In this document: piece after piece, positions 55,850-64,000 of the stretch | Layout: every line of letters begins with the position of its first letter | How positions within the stretch are numbered: the stretch's first letter is position 1 | NCBI RefSeq assembly: GCF_001194135.2 | Contig: NC_068986.1 | Span: 72,229,798-72,293,797 of the forward strand | Origin: Octopus bimaculoides | Taxonomy: Eukaryota | Length of the DNA stretch: 64,000 nt | Direction of reading: 5' to 3' | Notes under the pieces: generated by a model | The model's input: only the letters and a program-made list of their open reading frames with translations | The model's database searches: none | What the model was told of the DNA's origin: nothing | Position numbers and translations under genes: made by a program

Positions 55850-56832
55850 TTGTGGCAGATGTTCAGGTGCAATAAAGACTGCAAACAAACAGGAAACAAC
55901 TTCTATCTCATTCCAGGGTGAAAAACTAGAGGTAGTCGATAGCTTCCGCTATCTGGGCGACCAAGTTAGTAGTGGGGGTGGGTGCGCTGAAAGTGTAGCT
56001 GCTAGAATAAGAATAGCCTGGGCAAAGTTTAGAGAGCTCTTACCCCTGCTGGCGACAAAGGGACTCTCACTCAGAGTAAAAGGCAGACTGTATGACGCAT
56101 GCGTACGAACAACCATGCTACATGGCAGTGAAACATGGGCTGTAACTGCTGAGGACATACGTAAGNNNNNNNNNNNNNNNNNNNNNNNNNNNNNNNNNNN
56201 NNNNNNNNNNNNNNNNNNNNNNNNNNNNNNNNNNNNNNNNNNNNNNNNNNNNNNNNNNNNNNNNNNNNNNNNNNNNNNNNNNNNNNNNNNNNNNNNNNNN
56301 NNNNNNNNNNNNNNNNNNNNNNNNNNNNNNNNNNNNNNNNNNNNNNNNNNNNNNNNNNNNNNNNNNNNNNNNNNNNNNNNNNNNNNNNNNNNNNNNNNNN
56401 NNNNNNNNNNNNNNNNNNNNNNNNNNNNNNNNNNNNNNNNNNNNNNNNNNNNNNNNNNNNNNNNNNNNNNNNNNNNNNNNNNNNNNNNNNNNNNNNNNNN
56501 NNNNNNNNNNNNNNNNNNNNNNNNNNNNNNNNNNNNNNNNNNNNNNNNNNNNNNNNNNNNNNNNNNNNNNNNNNNNNNNNNNNNNNNNNNNNNNNNNNNN
56601 GGCACATAAAAGACACCATTTCGAGCGTGGCCGTTTTCGTGCGGGTGACACGTAAAAGCACCCACTACACTCTCTGAGTGGTTGGCGTTAGGAAGGGCAT
56701 CCAGCTGTAGAAACTCTGCCAAATCAGACTGGAGCCTGGTGTTGCCATCCGGTTTCACCAGTCCTCAGTCAAATCGTCCAACCCATGCTAGCATGGAAAG
56801 CGGACGTTAAACGATGATGATGATGATGATGA
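55850..56832 (+). mobile_element. Young 5'-truncated RTE LINE (C-terminus, N-gap, 3' tail)
   Basis: Open VVDSFRYLGD..RIRIAWAKFRELLPLL..MLHGSETW; CpG-rich; (GAT)n tail at about 56812-56832. Confidence 0.9.
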
Positions 56833-58019
56833 TAGCAAGTTGACATATTACTTTCCATTGATGGTGCAGCCCTTTTGAAGATAGTCAATTAACACAATGC
56901 CTTTTGCATCCCAAAAACCTGTGGCTATCACTTTCCCTGCAGATAAAACAACCTTGGCCTTCTTTGGAACAAGAGAATGGAAGTGTCAAGGTTTCCACAC
57001 TAAGTCTTATTCAGTGAGTTCACTTCAGAAAAAAAAAACCATGGGGTTGTCCTCTTTGAAGATACAAAGACCAACACAAAGCAACACTGAAAGCCTTGGC
57101 CTTCTTTGGAACAGGTGAGGAGGGATGTTTCCACTGCATGGATTGGTTCTTTGTCTCTGGCTCAAAGTGATGACAACAACTCTCATCCTGACCTTTGAAA
57201 ACATTCAAGGAAACCACCTGGATCTGCCTGAAACTATATCAGATTTTCCTGTGATATGATCAACCTGGTGCACTTTTGATCAGGTGTCAGAAGACATGGT
57301 ACCCACCAAGTAGAAATGTTCATCATACCAAGTTCATTGCGCAGAATATTATCAACTCTCTTACAGGATATGCTAATAGTATTTACTATTTGATTTATAA
57401 TCAGTCACTTGTTATCCCTTACCATGTGGTGAACATAATCAATATTTTGCTCGATGGTGGCAGATGCAGGATGTCCAGACCTTGGGTCACCTTCAAGACT
57501 CTCACTTCCTTTTATATGTATATGTATGTGTGAGTGTGTGTGTGTGTGTGTGTGTGTATAAAATGTATGTATGTATGTACATACGTATGTACACGTGTGT
57601 GCTTGTATATACCTATGTATGTATGTACGTACACAAACACATGTATATAACTCTCTCTTTCACCTATCCTCTGATGCTACTTTTCACTTCTTTTCTATTG
57701 CCAATCTACATTGGTATGCTAGATGGACCAACCCATTCCATCACTGGGTCCACCTGCTAAACCCATGTCATTACTATTACATATTGTCTGCTCTACCTTC
57801 TCCTTCACACTCGCCTCTGACATTACTCTTCTCTTCCCTTCCTCAGTCACCTACTTAACTCATCGCAGCACTATTACTACATTGTCAACTCTTCCCTCTT
57901 CTTCCTGCTAACCCATAGCATTATTCTTCTCCTCCCCCTCTTTTGTCTCCTCTTCTCCCTTCTCAACACTACTCCCTCTGTTATTATCTCCATTACCATT
58001 GCATCACAATAAATCTGTT

Positions 58020-58364
58020 CCTTTCATCATGAGGAGCCTTCTCTCATTTTGCAGGCTACAAGGTGACCCCAACAGTGCTGTTGCCACAAAAAGCACCGAA
58101 GACACACAGTGTTTGGTAAATGATTCAAACAGTGACAATGCAGGGTTAGAGAAGGCTCTTTAGTCTTACTGATGGTAAGGCAACCTCTTCTGTGCTGGTT
58201 CCATAAAAATGCACCTAATATACTGTAAAATAGTTGGTGTTCAGAAGGGCATCCAGCTGTAAAAATAACACCAAGAATAAGATATTGATGGTAGATGTGG
58301 TCTTCTGATACATTGCATCCTATCAAACCATCTTACCCATGCCAGCATGAAAAGTGGACTTCAA

Positions 58365-58385
<21 letters not shown>
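58020..58385 (+). mobile_element. RTE/SINE 3' tail
   Basis: GAAGGGCATCCAGCTGTA..CCCATGCCAGCATGAAAAGTGGAC..(GAT)n. Confidence 0.7.
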
Positions 58386-58396
<11 letters not shown>

Positions 58397-58829
58397 GGTG
58401 GCAGCCTTCTCCCCCTCCCCTCCCCCTCCTCTTCCTCATCTTCCTTCTTTTTTCAGTTTCTGTTTTCCAAATCAGCACACAAAGCTTTGGTCAACCAGGG
58501 CCCACAATTGAAGACACTCTTATTCAAGTTGCTGTACAGGGGAAGAGAGGACTTTGAATTCCTTACCTCAATCATGATTGCATGGGCTGACCTGCAAAGA
58601 GACATGTTTATCAGTTAACCAATGACATTGAGCGTTATGAAGAATAACTGTGACATGGCCTGGAAGATAGAGATGGGTAGAGGATGGAGGTCATGTGAAT
58701 CCAAGCAAGTTTGATCTGATAAAAGTAAGGATGATGATAATATATGAGTGACTGTATGTGTAAATATCGAGTCACTGATCTTGAAACACCATTTTCAATG
58801 GTCAGGACATATAGCGAGAATAGAAGTGT

Positions 58830-59530
58830 CAAGAATTCCACACCAAGTCTTATTCAGTGAGTTCACTTCACGGAAAAGACCATGGGGTTGTCCTCTTTGA
58901 AGATACAAGGACCAACTCAAAGTAACACCGAAAACCACTGGAATTGAGCCTAAATGATTTGAAACATAAACCCAAGATTGTAACAAGTGGTTTCATCACC
59001 ATCGGAACCAAAAGCTTCGAAACCACCAGAAAAGAAAAGGAACAAATCAAATGACAGGAGAGAAAAGTTCAACAAAATCAACCTTGTCCTTCACCAACAT
59101 TGCCATGCAGTCAATACCATCAACTCTTCTATGCCAGAATTGGTCTACGTTACATAAAATAATGAAAACATAACAATGGTGTTGCCATAATGTGCAAACC
59201 AACTGGGAAAAGTTTTATCAAAATTGATTCACAGAAAACTGAGAAATTCTAAGATATTAGCATGGTTCTGGGTGTATGTAAAATGCCAGAGAAAGAAACT
59301 TAGCTGTTTCTTGCAATACATACCAATACATTCATCTGAAGCAAAATTTTTTCAGGAACCCTTAAAATATTATTGTGGATCCCATAAAGGAAGCGTTCAG
59401 CAAAGAAGAACCTAAATTCTCAGATACAAGATAAAGCAAACAACAATGTGTAAAGAGAAAGAAACTGGTTGACATAAACTTTTCAGATACGATCTCTGAG
59501 AGTGCTGGTTATCCAAATTCCAGTGATGGA
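58830..59530. mobile_element. Highly degenerate R4/Dong-like RT relic
   Basis: GIFKEDNPM-like segment (cf. GIFQGDSLSP) on the minus strand and SKEEPKFSDTR-like segment on the plus strand; weak. Confidence 0.35.
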
Positions 59531-60144
59531 ATGTTTGTTTTTTTGTTAGAAACCAACTTCAACCTTCAAGCAAAGTATTACATACATACCTTACATACAT
59601 AATTGTACTTACATACATAATTGCATACATACATGCACACACACACAAACACACACAATCGTGTGTGTGTGTGTGCACATGCTTGATTGAGTGTGACAAG
59701 CATATCAACACCACTAGACCACTAGTAACATGTTACAAAAGAAAGAGAAGGAAGAGAAAGAAAATTACAAGAGACGAACATTAATGAAACAAAATAAAAT
59801 GATAGTATGCTGAGACTTGTTAAAAATAAAGCCACAATTAGCAAATACATTTAGTGCAGACTTTCAGCTTCATAACAGTTGTCAATCAAGGCTGTGTTTT
59901 TAACTCCTTCCTTTTCACATATCTTCACAAATCCCCTTCAAAGCATTCAGAACAAGATGACTTTGAGTGCAAAATATTCAATTAGAATTGTATATTGACT
60001 AGTTTGTTGTAACATGGAATAAAGTCTAGTGTTTTAGCAGAGGGCTTTTGTCAGGGAAAGCATGCAAAAATGTTGTGAAATTTCAAGTATGACTATTTGG
60101 AAATAATGGTGACTTAGCAGGAGAGAGAGAGAGAGAGAGAGAGG

Positions 60145-60186
<42 letters not shown>

Positions 60187-60689
60187 GATAGAGGGAGGGA
60201 GATATGAATAAAAAATAAACTATGCACTTAAAACCCATGAGAGAAACATTTTCAGTTAAAAAAAAACATTTTTAATAATTTCAGAGGAAAATGTGTGATT
60301 TAAGGGACATCTGGCTGTTGTTTCTAGTACATCCCCAAACCTCCCTCCTCATTTCTTTCTCACTCACACATCTATTGATATTTTTCTCTCCATAAAGGTA
60401 GATTTGTTTTGTGGTCTTTTTTTTCTTTTCCAGGTTATTCTGCATGCTTTCAACGAATGTGACATCAAAATCACATGTAAACGGCTCCTTTTTCCAGGAA
60501 AGGAATGATTTGGCTACTGTTTCTAGCATGCCCTGCTACCACGAAACAGCTATTTGTGTTTACACCGAAATATTTACCAACTTTTTTCCTTCCATTTATT
60601 TTTTTCACTTTATAGAAGTCTGTTGACATCCACCTCAGTTAATTTTGCTTTTCTTCCAGTTCTGTGCTTTCTGGAAGAAAAGCCCTCAC

Positions 60690-61078
60690 AGGCATAGGAG
60701 TGGCTATGTGGTAAGTAGCTTGCTTACGAACCACATGGTTCTGGGTTCAGTCTCACTGCATGGCACCTTGGGCAAGTGTCTTCTACTATAGCCTTGGGCC
60801 GACCAAAGCCTTGTGAGTAGATTTGGTAGACGGAAACTGAAAGAAGCCTGTCGTATATATATATGTATATTTGTGCGTCTGTGTTTGTCACCCCAACATC
60901 GTTTGACAACCGATGCTGGTGTGTTTACGTCCTCTTAACTTAGTGGTTCGGCAAAAGAAACCGATAGAATAAGCACTAAGCTTACAAGGAATAAGTCCTG
61001 GGGTCGATTTGCTCGACTAAAGGTGGTGCTCCAGCATGGCCACAGTCAAATGATTGAAACAAGTAAAAGAGTAAAAAG
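60690..61078 (+). mobile_element. Full-length tRNA-derived SINE (family A reference copy)
   Basis: A box TGGCTATGTGG, B-box-like GGTTCAGTCTC, internal (TA) tract, GTAAAAGA tail. Confidence 0.9.
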
Positions 61079-61479
61079 TGTATTATCTCAAAGTTATGAG
61101 AATTCACTAACGTGATTTGTTTATTTTTTTGAANNNNNNNNNNNNNNNNNNNNNNNNNNNNNNNNNNNNNNNNNNNNNNNNNNNNNNNNNNNNNNNNNNN
61201 NNNNNNNNNNNNNNNNNNNNNNNNNNNNNNNNNNNNNNNNNNNNNNNNNNNNNNNNNNNNNNNNNNNNNNNNNNNNNNNNNNNNNNNNNNNNNNNNNNNN
61301 NNNNNNNNNNNNNNNNNNNNNNNNNNNNNNNNNNNNNNNNNNNNNNNNNNNNNNNNNNNNNNNNNNNNNNNNNNNNNNNNNNNNNNNNNNNNNNNNNNNN
61401 NNNNNNNNNNNNNNNNNNNNNNNNNNNNNNNNNNNNNNNNNNNNNNNNNNNNNNNNNNNNNNNNNNNNNNNATTAGTTT

Positions 61480-62030
61480 TAAACTAAAAAAAGTTTACTG
61501 ATAAAGTGGTCTTCAAAAAATAAAAATGAAAAAACGAAAAACATGATATATACATAATTTAATTTTTCCTCTTCTCCTCCGTTTTGTTGATGAGATTCAA
61601 GTTACCCTTCATGAAAATTAGCATACTAAAATTTTCATCAGACAAGGACAATCTCTTGGCACTCAAGCTGTCCTTGCAACATTCAGCTGCAGCACTGGAA
61701 GGGATGACTGTGTTGAACTTGATGAACAAGTCCACCAACACTTGCTCACTCAAGAAGGCAATATCTGTCGGTAGATCTTTGGAGTTGGTCTCCAACCAGG
61801 TCTTTACTAGATTCTGAGCCTTGTCCTTCAGTGACCTGTGGCTTCCACTCTCTTTTTGTTGGGTGACTCCACTGAAGAAATCCTCCTCCACGTCTTCATT
61901 GTTGCACCTCCACTGTTGCTACTCACTTCCTCAGACTGTTATCTCATGGCATCCTCTACCTTATCCTCCATGCTTCACAACTTGGTGAACTTGGTGCTAT
62001 CATACCTATTCAACCAAATGAGGCAAAACC
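61480..62030 (-). mobile_element. hAT transposase C-terminal (dimerisation domain) relic
   Basis: ORF 61559-61891 LFIKFNTVIPSSAAAE...RLSLSDENFSMLIFMKGN. Confidence 0.75.
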
Positions 62031-62039
62031 TCTAACCTA

Positions 62040-62186
62040 TAAACTATATGTATATATGTGTATTATATATATATATATATATGATATACATACATACATA
62101 CAGCTGTATGTATGTATGTATGTGTATTATATGTATATATATGTATGTGTATTATATGTATATATATGTATATATATGTATGTGTA

Positions 62187-62240
<54 letters not shown>

Positions 62241-62287
62241 NNNNNNNNNNNNNNNNNNNNNNNNNNNNNNNNNNNNNNNNNNNNNNN

Positions 62288-62333
<46 letters not shown>

Positions 62334-62334
62334 T
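62040..62334. repeat. Compound (TATG)/(TA)n microsatellite, gap and (CAT)n
   Basis: Direct reading. Other microsatellites: (CA)(TA) 2431-2482, (CT) about 37583-37619, (TA) about 43670-43740, (CA) about 54960-55035, (TG) about 55470-55497, (GA) about 60120-60200, (GAT)/(TA) 63880-64000. Confidence 0.95.
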
Positions 62335-63700
62335 TAATGTCCGTTGTCCATGCTAACATAGGTTGGATGGATTGACCAGAGCTGGAGAACTGCACCAGGC
62401 TCTAGTCTGATTTGGCATGGTTTCTATGGCTGGATGCCCTTCCTAATGCCAACCACGTTACAGAGTCTGCTGAGTGCTTTTATGTGGCACTGTGCAGATG
62501 TTTTTACATGGTACTGCACCACTATTTTTATATGGCACTATATAGGCACTTTTACATGGCACCGGCACAGGACTCTTAGAGGTCAGTCCTCTCCACCAGA
62601 GAGACTAAACTTAACATTTCTGCTGTGGAGTAGAGGTCTGCTTGAGTACAGTAAAGCATCAGGCATCCTGATCCTTTGCCATCTTCCCCAAAAGGTGAAC
62701 ATCCTGAGGTCATTCTTCAGTACTTCATCTCATATCTTCCTGGCTCTCTCACTTCCATGTGTTCCATCTACTTTGAGAGAACAGCACTTCTTTACAGAGA
62801 TATCCGCATCCATCTGCATCACATGACCAAACCAATGCAGTCTTCTCTCTTGAACATAGCATCTAATTCCTAACTTCTTTCCCAATACACTAGCACTCTG
62901 TCAGACATGAACACTTACATTACACATCCAGTGGAGCATACTAGTCTCATTCCTCACTAACCTTCGCATGTCCTCTGCATTCAAGGCCCATGTCTCACTA
63001 CTATGTGGAATTGCCATCCATATACATACATCATAAAATCTTCCTTTCACTCGGAGAAAGAAACCTTTCATAGTCAGCAGAGGTAACAGCTCTCTGAATT
63101 TCCTCCATCCTATTCTTATTCTAGCTATCACATACTCTATGCATCCTAATTTGGTCTCCTAGGTAGCAGAAATTATCTACTCCCTCTAATGAGCCACCAG
63201 GAGATTTGAGAGAATCAATTTCCTGAGTCTCTATAGTTTTTATGGACCCTGTGCATCTTCCACATATGAACACTCCCTTCTCAGATAATCTTCCTATTAA
63301 TCCACTGCACCTTTTGTGTGTCCTGAGCTTACACTGGGTACACCATATGGAGTTCCTGCCTACACCTTTCCTACAAGTCAAACAGAGCCACCTGCCTGAA
63401 ATGGGTAGGGTCCTGTCTGTTTTCTTGCTAACCTCTTTCCAGACCCATCACTTCTCTTTTATGGACTGTTCTACCACCGTGTCACTCTTGGTCTGGCAAA
63501 ACTTTGCTCTAACCACTGATTTGGTCTGTTGCCCTTAGCAGATTGTTCCATAGGAACTTCTAGTTATCCTTTATGTCATATATTTCAATCTCTTCCTCCT
63601 CTTCATCAAAGGCTTCATTACAGACATCTCTCTGCCCATTTGAGGGATCCTTAAGTTTCTACATCCTCCTTTTCCATATTGGCTTGTGGCTTTGGATCTT
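62288..63700 (-). mobile_element. 5'-truncated RTE LINE (C-terminus plus 3' tail)
   Basis: ORFs 63121-63381 (CTQCKLRTHKRC..FCYLGD) and 62901-63131 (WRKFRELLPLL..SETW); (TGA)n tail. Confidence 0.85.
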
Positions 63701-63769
63701 TCTGGCCCTATGTGTGTGTGTGTGCATGTGTGTATGGCCAACCACTCCCATTGCACTCTTCCAGAGAGC

Positions 63770-63879
63770 ATCTAGCTGTAGAAACCATGCCAAATCAGAC
63801 AAGAGCCTGGTGCAGCCCTTCAGCTTACCAGCCCTGGTCAAACCATCCAACCCATGCCAGCATGGACAACGGACACTAA

Positions 63880-63912
<33 letters not shown>
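63770..63912 (+). mobile_element. RTE/SINE 3' tail
   Basis: AGCTGTAGAAACCATGCCAAATCAGAC..CCCATGCCAGCATGGAC..(GAT)n. Confidence 0.8.
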
Positions 63913-63914
<2 letters not shown>

Positions 63915-63967
63915 ATATGTATGTACATTACATATAAACATATGCATATATATTATATATACATATG

Positions 63968-64000
<33 letters not shown>

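Noticed and set aside
62048-62375. Poly-His/Ser/Ile and YIYI ORFs
   Set aside because: Translations of (CAT)n and (TA)n microsatellites.

Overview
AT-rich, repeat-dense animal genomic scaffold with 7 N-gaps. The SINE, RTE and mariner families and the intronless C2H2 gene suggest a coleoid cephalopod, probably Octopus (inference from recognition, not a database hit). Three protein-coding genes are supported. (1) An intronless-CDS C2H2 zinc-finger gene (4367-5359, +). (2) A 13-exon DEAD-box helicase DDX47/RRP3 (30502->12465, -, 447 aa; all introns GT-AG and phase-consistent). (3) A 4-exon PHF5A (30968-41256, +, 110 aa), head-to-head with DDX47 across 465 bp. The rest is introns and intergenic DNA full of tRNA-derived SINEs, RTE and other LINE relics, mariner/hAT/piggyBac/Helitron-type relics, fold-back elements and microsatellites. 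The most interesting signal is two unrelated palindromic (fold-back) elements, at about 3690-4065 and 24016-24485. Each carries mirrored, partly decayed minimal type-I hammerhead-ribozyme cores reading outward from its centre, and the better-preserved core lies sense in DDX47 intron 5. A third, very young, highly structured ~360-nt unit sits in an inverted and circularly permuted arrangement around the gap at 44740-45299. Exon and motif coordinates were counted by hand; TE boundaries are approximate; no alignments, folding or searches were run.
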